A stretch of 61,967 nucleotides of DNA, the filler included. It is 4 parts of 4 records of this genome, joined end to end, with 100 filler letters (N's around TTAATTAATTAA, not from the genome) between each part and the next. Parts side by side here need not be neighbours in the genome. Positions count along the whole stretch, not along the records: positions 1 to 21,607 come from SRR31156797_8867; 3 more parts are not named here. One strand, written 5' to 3'. Within the stretch, counting starts at the first letter, position 1, and every line of letters starts with the position of its first letter. A program made the position numbers and the translations under genes. The notes below the pieces were generated by a model that saw only the letters and a list, made by a program, of their open reading frames with translations, was not told the origin of the DNA and did not search any database. Shown in pieces: positions 10,137 to 19,978 of this stretch.

Positions 10137-11728
10137 ACAAACTCCACACTTAACTGTTCATCTGTTTTAATCACTGATTTTTTTGCAAAACTTTCAAGCT
10201 CTTTTGGGAAGTCACTTCTATAATGAGCACCGCGACTTTCTTCTCTAGCCATTGCACTTAAGATCACAACCTCAGCAAGATCAAGAGTATTTATAAACTC
10301 TATAAACTCTTTTAAATTGGTATTATAGCTTTTTGATTTATCTGTTACTCCCATTTTAGGAAGCTCTGCTTTCCACTCTCTTACTTTTTTGAGAGTCACT
10401 TCAAGTTTTTCTTTTGTTCTAAAAAGCCCTACATTTTTATAAAATTCCACTCCTAAAAGTTTTCTAATAAAATAAAAATCTATCTCATTTGGTAAAGCAA
10501 GTAACTCTTCAATCTTTTTGATATCTTCTAAATACTCCCCGTACTCTTTTTCAACTACTTCAATTTCATCACACTCTTTTGAAGCAGTTTGCCCTACAAG
10601 TCTACCAAAAGTAACTATCTCTAATAAAGAGTTTCCACCTAATCTATTCGCTCCATGCACCCCGTTTGATGAACACTCACCTACAGCATACAGGTTTTTA
10701 ATAGAGGTTCTTCCATACATATCTGTATCGATTCCACCCATAGTATAGTGTGCTGCTGGCATAATAGGCACAAGATCAGTATCAAGTCTTTTTTTTGCAA
10801 ACTCTAAAGCGAGATCATACTCTTGAGGCATTGCTTTTTTAATTTTTTCAAGTCCAAGGTGCCTAAGATCTAGATACACCTCTTCCCCCTCTTGCATCTT
10901 TTCTAAGATAGCACGTGCAACTACATCCCTTGGAAGAAGTTCATCTACAAAACGACTTCCATCTTTTGTCACAAGATAGCCACCCTCACCTCTAGCACTC
11001 TCACTTACAAGCACAAAGCTTTTTTTCAAAGCCGTTGGATGAAACTGAATATATTCCATATTTGATAACTTTATTCCATGACTAAGAGCGGCTGAGACAC
11101 TATCTCCCGTAGTTGCATTTGAATTGGTTGTAAATCCATGATACAAAGCTCCATATCCACCACTTGCTACGATCACACTTTTTGATAAAAGTTGTTTAAT
11201 TTCACTCGTTACAATATCAAATGCAGAAATCCCCTTAATGGTATCATCTTCAATAAGAAAACTTAAAAGCATATGCTCATTTAAAAACTCAATATTTTCT
11301 TTTACACATGTGTCATATAAAGTATGAAGTATTTTTAATCCAGTATAATCACTGCTATAACATGCCCTTGGATTTGATGCTCCTCCAAGAGGACGTTGTG
11401 CAATAAAGTTTTGATCATCTCTACTAAAAGGAACTCCTAGATCATCAAGCCACTTTATTGTATCATCTGCTGCTTCACACATATAAGTAATACTCTCATT
11501 ATCACCTAGTCCATGTGCTGACTTGATTGTATCATTTATATGAGCTTGTTTACTATCACCATTATTTTTATCCAATAAAACCCCATTGATCCCGCCTTGT
11601 GCTTGGGAGGTTTGAGATTGGGTTGGATAGGTTTTTGATACTACTAAAACTGACTTTCCATCTCTTTTTGCTTCAAGAGCAGCACATAATCCTGCACCAC
11701 CACTCCCTACAATTAAAACATCAACCAT
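10133..11728 (-). CDS. sdhA: Succinate dehydrogenase/fumarate reductase flavoprotein subunit
   Basis: GSGGAG, QFHPT, ESARGEGG, HYTMGG, HGANRLGGNSL and ESRGAH motifs. Confidence 0.85.
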   Translation of the reverse strand: MVDVLIVGSGGAGLCAALEAKRDGKSVLVVSKTYPTQSQTSQAQGGINGVLLDKNNGDSKQAHINDTIKSAHGLGDNESITYMCEAADDTIKWLDDLGVPFSRDDQNFIAQRPLGGASNPRACYSSDYTGLKILHTLYDTCVKENIEFLNEHMLLSFLIEDDTIKGISAFDIVTSEIKQLLSKSVIVASGGYGALYHGFTTNSNATTGDSVSAALSHGIKLSNMEYIQFHPTALKKSFVLVSESARGEGGYLVTKDGSRFVDELLPRDVVARAILEKMQEGEEVYLDLRHLGLEKIKKAMPQEYDLALEFAKKRLDTDLVPIMPAAHYTMGGIDTDMYGRTSIKNLYAVGECSSNGVHGANRLGGNSLLEIVTFGRLVGQTASKECDEIEVVEKEYGEYLEDIKKIEELLALPNEIDFYFIRKLLGVEFYKNVGLFRTKEKLEVTLKKVREWKAELPKMGVTDKSKSYNTNLKEFIEFINTLDLAEVVILSAMAREESRGAHYRSDFPKELESFAKKSVIKTDEQLSVEFV

Positions 11729-11739
11729 AAAATCCTCTT

Positions 11740-12468
11740 TTAATCCCAGAACTCTTCTAGTTCTTGTTCTTTTTTTAATTTCTCTTCATGAACTTTTTGT
11801 TCAAGTTCCTTTTCCTCTTGCATCTTTTGTTCCTGTTCATTTGCAAGGGCAATTCTCTCTTGTCGTGCTTGAAGAATTTTAATACGAATTTTCTCTTTTG
11901 CCTGCTGTTTCATATCTTCATCAAAATTCATTGATTCGATACTAGCATACGCTTTTTCTATCTCTTCCTCTTCGGAAAGCTCTTCTACCATAGGTTTTGT
12001 TTCATTTTCACTAGGTTTGGAAACTACTTCTTCAACTTCAGGTTCACTTATCTCTTCTTCTACTTCTTGAATCTCCTCTATATCCTCTTTTATTTTTTCA
12101 ATATCTTTAGCTTCAACTTCATTTTTAATATCAGAGTAATCACCACCATCTATACTTAAAGCTTTTGCTCCAAGTTCCAACTCTTTTTTTAGTTTTTGAT
12201 CTTCTGGTTTGTGTTTTTTCTTTGTTTTTTTAGGTTTTATTTTCCCATTTTCTTCTAAAGATTCTACATACTCTTTGAGCTCTTCATATTCAGCCATGAT
12301 CTTTTCATATTTTGAAAACTCCATCAATAAAAAACTTGGCTTTCCATCCCGTAAAATAATCGCTTTTTCGATCTTTTTTCCCAATATCTTATCAAAGATC
12401 ATTTTACTTTTTCGTATCAGTTCAGTTGATGAAAACATCTCATTTGATTTATAAAGTAATAAAGCCAT
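11740..12468 (-). CDS. Hypothetical protein: Phd/YefM-like N-terminal domain plus acidic coiled-coil tail
   Basis: N-terminal FSSTELIRK...KAIILRDGKPSFLLMEFSKYE resembles Phd/YefM; ATG 12468 has a GGAG RBS. Confidence 0.6.
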   Translation of the reverse strand: MALLLYKSNEMFSSTELIRKSKMIFDKILGKKIEKAIILRDGKPSFLLMEFSKYEKIMAEYEELKEYVESLEENGKIKPKKTKKKHKPEDQKLKKELELGAKALSIDGGDYSDIKNEVEAKDIEKIKEDIEEIQEVEEEISEPEVEEVVSKPSENETKPMVEELSEEEEIEKAYASIESMNFDEDMKQQAKEKIRIKILQARQERIALANEQEQKMQEEKELEQKVHEEKLKKEQELEEFWD

Positions 12469-12532
12469 TACAAACTCCAATTTGTATATTTTTACATATT
12501 ATACCACAAATTTTTCCACGTCTTTTAATTTG

Positions 12533-13459
12533 TTAATTTAAAAAGCTTGTGATATTCTCTTCTATTCCATCTAATAATCTTTTCCTTGCTTCAATAGACC
12601 CCCATGCAATATGTGGTGTTAAAAGAAGTCTTGAACTATCCTCTATAGTTAAAAGGGGATTACTTTTTTCGATAGGTTCACGACTTACTACATCTGTTCC
12701 ATAATAGATATCTTCTCCTTTATTGATTGCATCACTGATATCTTGTTCATTGATAATTCCACCTCGACCAAGATTTAAAAGGATCGCCCCTTTTTTAATC
12801 GCTGAGATATTTGAGCTATTAATCAGATCAAGAGTTTTTTCATTTAATGGTGAATGGATAGAGATAATATCACTCCCCTTTAATAACTCTTCTAAAGACT
12901 TTTGAGTGTAGTTTGTATTATAATTTGCTCCACTAGTTGAATAATAACTCACATTACAACCAAATGCACTAGCGATATTTGCTACATCACGCCCTATTTC
13001 ACCTAAACCTATAATTCCCCAGTTTTTCCCCTCAAGTTCAAAAAATGGCTTTTCTAGATTAGTAAATATTTCACTTTTAGACCATTCATTTTTCCCGTAG
13101 TTATCATAGTAGTCTATTCTTTGTACAAACTGTAGTACAAATGAAAATGTGAGTTGTGATACAGACTTTGTTGAGTACCCTGCTACATTCTTCACTGTTA
13201 TATTTTTCTCTTTTGCGTATTCAAGATCAATATTATTCATCCCTGTTGCAGCTACACAAATAAGTTTTAGATCACTTTGCTCCATCATACTTTTATCAAT
13301 AACTACTTTATTAGTGATCACAATATCTGCACCTTGTATTCGATCTAATGTTTCCTCATAGGAGGTTGTCTCATATACTTTTACTTCCCCATATTTTGAA
13401 AACTGATCAATATTTATATCTAAGCCTAAAGTTCTTCTATCTAAAAATACTAATTTCAT
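12533..13459 (-). CDS. D-2-hydroxyacid dehydrogenase
   Basis: GIIGLGEIG, IHSPL, LNLGRGG and TPHIAW motifs. Confidence 0.93.
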   Translation of the reverse strand: MKLVFLDRRTLGLDINIDQFSKYGEVKVYETTSYEETLDRIQGADIVITNKVVIDKSMMEQSDLKLICVAATGMNNIDLEYAKEKNITVKNVAGYSTKSVSQLTFSFVLQFVQRIDYYDNYGKNEWSKSEIFTNLEKPFFELEGKNWGIIGLGEIGRDVANIASAFGCNVSYYSTSGANYNTNYTQKSLEELLKGSDIISIHSPLNEKTLDLINSSNISAIKKGAILLNLGRGGIINEQDISDAINKGEDIYYGTDVVSREPIEKSNPLLTIEDSSRLLLTPHIAWGSIEARKRLLDGIEENITSFLN

Positions 13460-13484
13460 CTTTTTCCTTCGTATAATACATTAA

Positions 13485-13692
13485 TCAATCAAATAGTTAA
13501 AATATGATTGAAGTTCTATGAAACTCATAGCTCTCACAAAAGCTAATAATAAACAAGTTTTTTTCCTTTTAGGATAAATATACCTACATACAAAACGTCT
13601 TGTGTTAGCTTTATTAAATCATCTATAGGATGCTAAGGAGTAAAGTAATTTTCTACCTTTTATAACACGAAGCTATGAGATTTTAAACTATC
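13485..13692 (+). ncRNA. Predicted IS110 bridge RNA in the left non-coding end
   Basis: Nested stems 13485-91/13505-11, 13524-32/13671-79, 13539-46/13605-12, 13570-73/13583-86 and 13635-38/13656-59; loop segments match target and donor sequences. Confidence 0.7.
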
Positions 13693-13712
13693 ACACATTA
13701 TGGAGGATTATT

Positions 13713-14930
13713 ATGTATTATGTTGGAGTTGATATTGCAAAAGAGAAGCATTATGTTTGTATTTTAAATGATGATAAAGAGTTAGCTTGTAAACCTTTTT
13801 GGATCTACAGTGATATATTAGGATTAAATGAATTACTAAAACGACTAAGTGAATTATCACTTAACAATGATGATTTTATCATAGGGATTGAATCAACTGG
13901 TGCATTTAGTGAAAATTTTTATTCTTATATCACTGATATGGATTACAAAGTCTTACTTCTAAATTCATATCAAACAGCAAAGTATAGAGACTTTTCTACT
14001 TTAAAGAAAATTAAAAATGATTCTATTGATGCTTATGTTATTGCTGAATTAATAGCTAGTGGTAAATACAAAGCTAGTTATATTAGTAATGAAGATTATC
14101 ACAATTTAAAAGTTTTAAATAGACTTAAAAAATCTTTGGATGATAAAATTAAAACCATTAAAAGAGAAATATCAACAGTAGTAGCTACAGTCAATCCTGA
14201 AATTGAAAAAGTATTTCCAAATATTCTTACTAAAACTGCTTTAGTAATCATCAAAGAATACCCAACTAGTGTTGATCTTAAAAAGGCTACTATTAAACGC
14301 TTACTTAAGCTTTTTAGGAACATTAAGGGTAACAACTTTAATGAAGTCAAAGCACAACACTTGATTGACCTAGCTAATTCCTCAATATATGCTGGTCGTG
14401 CTAAAGATGCTCGTTCCTTGATGATTAAGACTAATATTAAGATATTAGAGCTTTTACTTCAAGAAAAAGATTCCATAGAAAAAGAAATTACTAATCTTAT
14501 CAATACAAAAATTGATAATGATTCCAGTAATATTGACAATGCCAAATCAATTCCAGGAGTTGCTGATAAAACTATTGCAGCTATACTTGGTGAATGTGGA
14601 GACTTGCGTAGGTTTGAATCTGCTAAAGCTTTCATTGGCTTTTTAGGACTTTATCCAACACTATATCAATCTGGAAAATCTTTATCTACTGGTAAACTTG
14701 CCAAAAGAGGAATACCTATAGCCAAGCATTCACTTTATCTTGCAGCAGTTGCATCTGTTAGACACAATACTGAGCTTAATAAACTATTCCGTGATAAAGT
14801 ATCATCTGGAAAATCAAAAAAAGAATCTTTAATAATTGTTGCTAAAAAATTGGCTTCAATTATTTATTCACTTTTTAAGTATGATCAACCTTATAATCCA
14901 ACTAGAGTACTTATCCAACATAAAAGATAA
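13713..14930 (+). CDS. IS110-family transposase/recombinase
   Basis: DEDD RuvC-like domain (VGVDIAK, GIESTG, KNDSIDA); C-terminal SIPGV...RRFESAKAFIGFLGLYPTLYQSG; GGAGG RBS. Confidence 0.96.
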   Translation: MYYVGVDIAKEKHYVCILNDDKELACKPFWIYSDILGLNELLKRLSELSLNNDDFIIGIESTGAFSENFYSYITDMDYKVLLLNSYQTAKYRDFSTLKKIKNDSIDAYVIAELIASGKYKASYISNEDYHNLKVLNRLKKSLDDKIKTIKREISTVVATVNPEIEKVFPNILTKTALVIIKEYPTSVDLKKATIKRLLKLFRNIKGNNFNEVKAQHLIDLANSSIYAGRAKDARSLMIKTNIKILELLLQEKDSIEKEITNLINTKIDNDSSNIDNAKSIPGVADKTIAAILGECGDLRRFESAKAFIGFLGLYPTLYQSGKSLSTGKLAKRGIPIAKHSLYLAAVASVRHNTELNKLFRDKVSSGKSKKESLIIVAKKLASIIYSLFKYDQPYNPTRVLIQHKR

Positions 14931-14977
14931 ACTTGTTAGTTTAACACTTGTGAGAACAATGAGTTTTTATAGAACTT
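14929..14977. repeat. Imperfect inverted copy of IS left-end segment 13511-13560
   Basis: AAACTTGTT...TTGTGAGAacaATGAGTTTttATAGAACTT versus the reverse complement of the left segment AAACTTGTT...TTGTGAGAgctATGAGTTTcATAGAACTT. Confidence 0.8.
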
Positions 14978-15104
14978 TGACCAAAATGTATTACTCTTTT
15001 TAAATTTGATCATTTGAACATTTTAAAAAATGCTCAAAAAATCAAACCATAAAGCACGCCCTAAAAAAATAGCTACTTGTTTAAGCTATTCTTTATAGGA
15101 TGGT

Positions 15105-15599
15105 TTATAATTCTTGTTTTATTTTTTCTAATGCATCTTCAAAGCTTTTACAACATACAATATCTGCAAACATTAAATTATACGGCAATCCAAAATCTTC
15201 TATCAATAGATCATGATTATCTCGTATAGCATCTTTTTGAAGATCTAAAATCTCTATAGTTTTTTCTTTCAAGCTACGAAGATCATCAGTGTACCCAAAT
15301 ACTTTTTTTCCAAGTCCTGTAGCATACCCTACTTCCCAAACTGTTCCACTATCAGGTTCACATCCACGAAATAATGATAAGTTTGCTACAACTACGTCAC
15401 ATTTTTGAATAAGTTCAATATTTGCTTTTTGTATTTTTTTTGCTAATTCTTTTGAGCTTAATCCCTCTGCACAAATCTCTGAATCAAGTGGGAACAAACC
15501 CTCCACTCCAGCGCTTAAACAAAGCTTTTTTAAGTGTTGTCCATGTTCAATTGCATCTGCTTTAAATACATCAGGTCCAGCTAAATATACCCTTTTCAT
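15105..15599 (-). CDS. Nucleoside 2-deoxyribosyltransferase family protein (C-terminus clipped by the IS)
   Basis: VYLAGPDVF and DSGTVWEVGYA motifs; the stop codon is created at the IS junction. Confidence 0.9.
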   Translation of the reverse strand: MKRVYLAGPDVFKADAIEHGQHLKKLCLSAGVEGLFPLDSEICAEGLSSKELAKKIQKANIELIQKCDVVVANLSLFRGCEPDSGTVWEVGYATGLGKKVFGYTDDLRSLKEKTIEILDLQKDAIRDNHDLLIEDFGLPYNLMFADIVCCKSFEDALEKIKQEL

Positions 15600-15698
15600 T
15601 CTCTTCCTTTTTTAAAACATTGAATTGTATCTAGTAAACTTTATATCAAAGTAAATTATAATTCGTTATAATTTTGCACTTTTAAAAAAAGGAACCTA

Positions 15699-16478
15699 AT
15701 GAGCCTCAATAAGTATACCAATTGTATCATCGAAGGTATGATTGACAAAAAAGTTGATGGTAAAAAAAGTAAAATCCCTGCAAAACTTGATTTTTATCAA
15801 AGTTTAACGGGACTTATCCTTGCTATTTTTATCAAATTCCACCTAATCTTTGTCTCTTCTATTCTAATCAGTAAAGACTTTATGCACTCTGTAGATAAGA
15901 TCCTCTCAGGATCTTTTTTTGTAAAAGGGGGAGATCCAGCTTTTGTAGCAGGATTTGCTTTTTTTATCTTCATAGTACTTATTGTCCATGCTCTTTTAGC
16001 TGTAAGAAAGTTTCCTAATTCATTTAGGCAATATAGAAACTTTAGAGCACACACTATGGGCTTTCCTCATAATGACACTGTTTTATGGGGAGTACAGATT
16101 ATCACAGGATTTATTCTGTTTTTCTTTGCTTCAATGCACTTATATCAAATGATGAGTGAACCTGCAAATATTGGACCATTTTTAAGCTCCGATAGAATTT
16201 GGACAGATAATGCTTGGGTGATGTATATCATCCTTTTAGTAGCAGTAGAACTTCATGCAACAATTGGTCTTTATAGACTTGCCATAAAATGGGGATGGTT
16301 TGAAGCAAAAACCTATAAGCAAACAAGACAAAGATTAAAACTGGTAAGAAATAGTATCATTGTTTTTTATCTTATTTTAGGAACGCTCTCATTAGCTGCG
16401 TACATGAAAATAGGATATGAACACCAAGATAATTATGGTGAAAGATATATTCCAACTCACATAAAGGCTGATTCATGA
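15699..16478 (+). CDS. frdC: Fumarate reductase cytochrome b subunit
   Basis: Multiple TM helices with heme histidines (KFHL, IVHA, SMHL, ELHA); [10 protein letters not shown]. Confidence 0.93.
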   Translation: MSLNKYTNCIIEGMIDKKVDGKKSKIPAKLDFYQSLTGLILAIFIKFHLIFVSSILISKDFMHSVDKILSGSFFVKGGDPAFVAGFAFFIFIVLIVHALLAVRKFPNSFRQYRNFRAHTMGFPHNDTVLWGVQIITGFILFFFASMHLYQMMSEPANIGPFLSSDRIWTDNAWVMYIILLVAVELHATIGLYRLAIKWGWFEAKTYKQTRQRLKLVRNSIIVFYLILGTLSLAAYMKIGYEHQDNYGERYIPTHIKADS

Positions 16479-18475
16479 AAATACATTATACTGATACCTT
16501 AGTTATTGGTGGTGGATTAGCAGGACTCCGACTTGCAATTGCTACTCAACAAGCAGGACATAAAACAACTGTTCTCTCACTTATTCCTGTAAAACGTTCC
16601 CACTCTGCGGCTGCCCAAGGTGGGATGCAAGCAAGTCTTGGAAACTCTGTTATGGCAAAAGGGGATAATGAAGATGTTCACTTTGAAGATACCGTAAAAG
16701 GGAGTGACTGGGGATGTGATCAAAGAGTAGCTAGAATGTTTACCCATGTTTCTCCAAAAGCTATCCGTGAGCTTACCGCTTGGGGTGTTCCTTGGACAAG
16801 GATAAAAGCTGGAGATAAAAATGTAGTTATCAACTCTGAAAATACTACGATTACAGAAGAGCAAGATGTCCATGGATTGATCTCTTCAAGAGATTTTGGT
16901 GGAACAAAAAAATGGAGAACCTGTTACACAGCTGATGCTACTGGACACTCTATGCTTTATGCTGTTGCCAATGAAGCGATTAAAAACAAGGTAAATATCC
17001 AAGAGAAAAAAGAAGCAGTTAAACTGATCCATAAAGATGGTGTCTGTTATGGAGCGGTGATAAAAGATCTTATGACAGGAGAGATTGCAGCAACTTTTGC
17101 AAAAGCGACTGTTATCGCAACTGGTGGATATGGAAGAATCTATGAAGCCACAACCAATGCCGTAATTTGTGAAGGAAGTGGAGCAGCGTTAGCACTTGAA
17201 ACAGGAGTTGCACGACTTGCAAATATGGAAGCGGTACAGTTTCACCCAACAGGACTTGTACCAAATGGTATTTTGATGACTGAGGGTTGTAGAGGTGATG
17301 GTGGAGTCTTAAGAGATGTGGACGGATATCGATTTATGCCAGATTATGAGCCTGAGAAAAAAGAGCTTGCCTCTCGTGATGTTGTAAGTCGAAGAATGAC
17401 TGAGCATATTAGAAAAGGAAAAGGTGTGCCATCTCCATATGGAGATCATCTTTGGCTTGATATCTCAATCTTAGGACGAGAACATATCGAAAAAAACCTG
17501 CGAGATATGCAAGATATTTGTATGAGCTTTTTAGGGATTGATCCTGCTGAACCTGGGGTTTGGATCCCTGTAAGACCAATGCAGCATTACTCTATGGGTG
17601 GAATCAAAGTTGATTATACTGGACAATCACCCCATCTAAAAGGCTTATTCTCTTGTGGTGAAGCAGCGTGTTGGGATCTTCATGGATTTAATCGACTTGG
17701 AGGAAACTCAGTTGCTGAAACTGTAGTATCAGGGATGATCATAGGGGAGTATGTGAATGATTTTTGTGAAAACTATGATGTTCAGTTTGATACAAAACTA
17801 GCACGTGATTTTATGAAAGAGTTTGATAGGGAACAAGATCTGATCCTTTCAAATATTTGTGATATTACACACAAACCAAATGAGCTAAGCATCTATGATA
17901 TTAGAGATAAGATGAGAAAGATCATGATGGATAAAGTTGGAATCTTTAGAAGTGGAGAACACCTACAAGAAGCTCTTGAAGAGCTTAAAGTACTTTATAA
18001 ACAAAGTGAAGGGGTATTTTTACGGACAGGAAGCAAATCTGCAAACCCTGGACTTATAGATACTCTAAGAGTAAAAAAGATGCTAAAACTTGCTCTTTGT
18101 ATCACTAAAGGGGCACTTCAAAGAACTGAGAGTCGTGGAGCGCATACAAGAGAAGATTTTCCAAAAAGGGATGATGCAAACTGGTTAAAACGTACGCTTA
18201 CATATTGGCCAAGTGAGGATGCACAAGAGCCTGAAGTGGAATATGAAGAACTTGATATCATGGATATGGAGCTTCCTCCAGGATTTAGAGGGTATGGAAA
18301 AAAAGGGAATATCATAGAAAATGAGTTAACTGCTAAAAGAGAAGCAGAGATTTCTAATATAAAAGAACAAAATCCAAATTTTGATCGATTTGAGCTTCAA
18401 AATGCCCTAATGCCATATGAATTACCAAAAATATATCAAAATAAAAATGAAAGAGTAGGAATCGGTTATGAGTGA
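16475..18475 (+). CDS. frdA: Fumarate reductase flavoprotein subunit
   Basis: [16 protein letters not shown] (covalent-FAD His), QFHPT and [10 protein letters not shown] motifs. Confidence 0.97.
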   Translation: MKIHYTDTLVIGGGLAGLRLAIATQQAGHKTTVLSLIPVKRSHSAAAQGGMQASLGNSVMAKGDNEDVHFEDTVKGSDWGCDQRVARMFTHVSPKAIRELTAWGVPWTRIKAGDKNVVINSENTTITEEQDVHGLISSRDFGGTKKWRTCYTADATGHSMLYAVANEAIKNKVNIQEKKEAVKLIHKDGVCYGAVIKDLMTGEIAATFAKATVIATGGYGRIYEATTNAVICEGSGAALALETGVARLANMEAVQFHPTGLVPNGILMTEGCRGDGGVLRDVDGYRFMPDYEPEKKELASRDVVSRRMTEHIRKGKGVPSPYGDHLWLDISILGREHIEKNLRDMQDICMSFLGIDPAEPGVWIPVRPMQHYSMGGIKVDYTGQSPHLKGLFSCGEAACWDLHGFNRLGGNSVAETVVSGMIIGEYVNDFCENYDVQFDTKLARDFMKEFDREQDLILSNICDITHKPNELSIYDIRDKMRKIMMDKVGIFRSGEHLQEALEELKVLYKQSEGVFLRTGSKSANPGLIDTLRVKKMLKLALCITKGALQRTESRGAHTREDFPKRDDANWLKRTLTYWPSEDAQEPEVEYEELDIMDMELPPGFRGYGKKGNIIENELTAKREAEISNIKEQNPNFDRFELQNALMPYELPKIYQNKNERVGIGYE

Positions 18476-19202
18476 TACAAAAGGAAGAACACTAACATTT
18501 CATATTTTTAAATATAACCCTTTAGATAAAGAGGATCGTCCAAAGATGAAAACCTATGAGTTAGAAGAGACTCCAGGGATGACTATATTTGTAGCACTAA
18601 ACTTCATTCGAGATAGACAAGATCATACTTTACAGTTTGACTTTGTATGTCGTGCAGGGATCTGTGGAAGTTGTGCTATGGTGATCAATGGAACTCCAAC
18701 ACTTGCTTGTAGAACTCTTACCTCTTCTTTTGAAGATGGAGAGATCACACTTATGCCACTTCCTATTTTTAAACTGATCGGGGATCTTTCAGTTGATACA
18801 GCAAACTGGATGAAAGATATGAGTCATGATATTGAAAGCTGGATCCATACCAATGAAGAGCCTAAGATCGATAATATTGAAGAGCCTATGGATCCAGAAC
18901 TTTCAGCTGAAATCTTTGAGCTTGATCGTTGTATTGAGTGTGGATGTTGTATCGCTGCATGTGGAACAAAACGTATGCGACCAAACTTTAAAGGAGCAGT
19001 TGCACTGAATAGAATCGCTAGATATGCACTAGATCCTAGAGATCATAGGGATGAAGCTGCTATGTATGAGATAGTTGGAGATGACGAGGGTGTATTTGGA
19101 TGTATGACTCTTTTAGGGTGTGACGATACTTGTCCAAAACATTTGCCACTTCAAACAAAAATTGCATACTTACGACGAAAGATGGTTCAACAAGGGATGT
19201 AA
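18468..19202 (+). CDS. frdB: Fumarate reductase Fe-S subunit
   Basis: [20 protein letters not shown] and [11 protein letters not shown] clusters. Confidence 0.96.
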   Translation: MSDTKGRTLTFHIFKYNPLDKEDRPKMKTYELEETPGMTIFVALNFIRDRQDHTLQFDFVCRAGICGSCAMVINGTPTLACRTLTSSFEDGEITLMPLPIFKLIGDLSVDTANWMKDMSHDIESWIHTNEEPKIDNIEEPMDPELSAEIFELDRCIECGCCIAACGTKRMRPNFKGAVALNRIARYALDPRDHRDEAAMYEIVGDDEGVFGCMTLLGCDDTCPKHLPLQTKIAYLRRKMVQQGM

Positions 19203-19291
19203 AGTAAAAAAATAATTTTTTTTTAAGAACGAATCACTTAAAAACAGAGTATACTTTTTAGGTTTATTAACTTATATAAGGAACTTAGTGA

Positions 19292-19978
19292 ATGATAAGT
19301 GCATACAATCTAAAAAAAGTTTATAAAGTGGGAGAACTTGATCTAACTGTGATCAATGATCTTTCACTCTCTATTGACAAAGGGGAGTTTATCTCCCTTA
19401 TTGGTCCTAGTGGAAGTGGGAAATCTACTGTTTTAAATATGCTAGGATGCCTTGATACTCCAACAAGTGGAAATTTAAATATAAATGATAAAGAGATATC
19501 AAACCTCAATAAAACACAGCTTGCAAACTTCCGTGGGGAACATATAGGCTTTATCTTTCAAAGCTTTAACCTCATCCCAGTATTAACAGTCTATGAAAAT
19601 ATTGAATACCCTCTTATTATGATCCAAAATCTTTCCGAAGAGAAAAGAAAAGAGAGAGTTGAAAGACTTTTAAATGAAGTTGGAATGTATGAGCAAAAAG
19701 ATAAAACCCCTGATCAAATTTCAGGTGGGCAGATGCAACGTGTTGCAATTGCTAGGGCTCTTGTAACTAATCCTCAAATAGTGTTTGCCGATGAGCCTAC
19801 TGCAAACCTTGATAGTAAAACAGCTCATATGATCATAGAATTGATGAAAAAGATACAAAAAGAGCATAATACTACCTTTGTCTTTGCAACTCATGATGAA
19901 AAGATCGTAGCAAATGTAGATAGACTTATCACTTTAGTTGATGGAAGTATCGTCGAAGATAAAAGGGTTGAGAGATGA
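19292..19978 (+). CDS. ABC transporter ATP-binding protein (LolD/MacB type)
   Basis: GPSGSGKS, ISGGQMQR, FADEPT and THD motifs. Confidence 0.93.
   Translation: MISAYNLKKVYKVGELDLTVINDLSLSIDKGEFISLIGPSGSGKSTVLNMLGCLDTPTSGNLNINDKEISNLNKTQLANFRGEHIGFIFQSFNLIPVLTVYENIEYPLIMIQNLSEEKRKERVERLLNEVGMYEQKDKTPDQISGGQMQRVAIARALVTNPQIVFADEPTANLDSKTAHMIIELMKKIQKEHNTTFVFATHDEKIVANVDRLITLVDGSIVEDKRVER

Larger units (their letters stand above)
13472..15105 (+). mobile_element. Complete IS110-family insertion sequence (about 1634 bp)
   Basis: TATAAT at both junctions (13472-13477 and 15106-15111). Removing the element restores ...KQELYEGKR-TGA overlapping the ATG of the dehydrogenase. Boundary is ambiguous within the shared hexamer. 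Confidence 0.88.

Noticed and set aside
13472-15111. TATAAT at both IS ends as a classical target-site duplication
   Set aside because: IS110 elements recombine conservatively without a TSD; shared donor/target sequence explains it better
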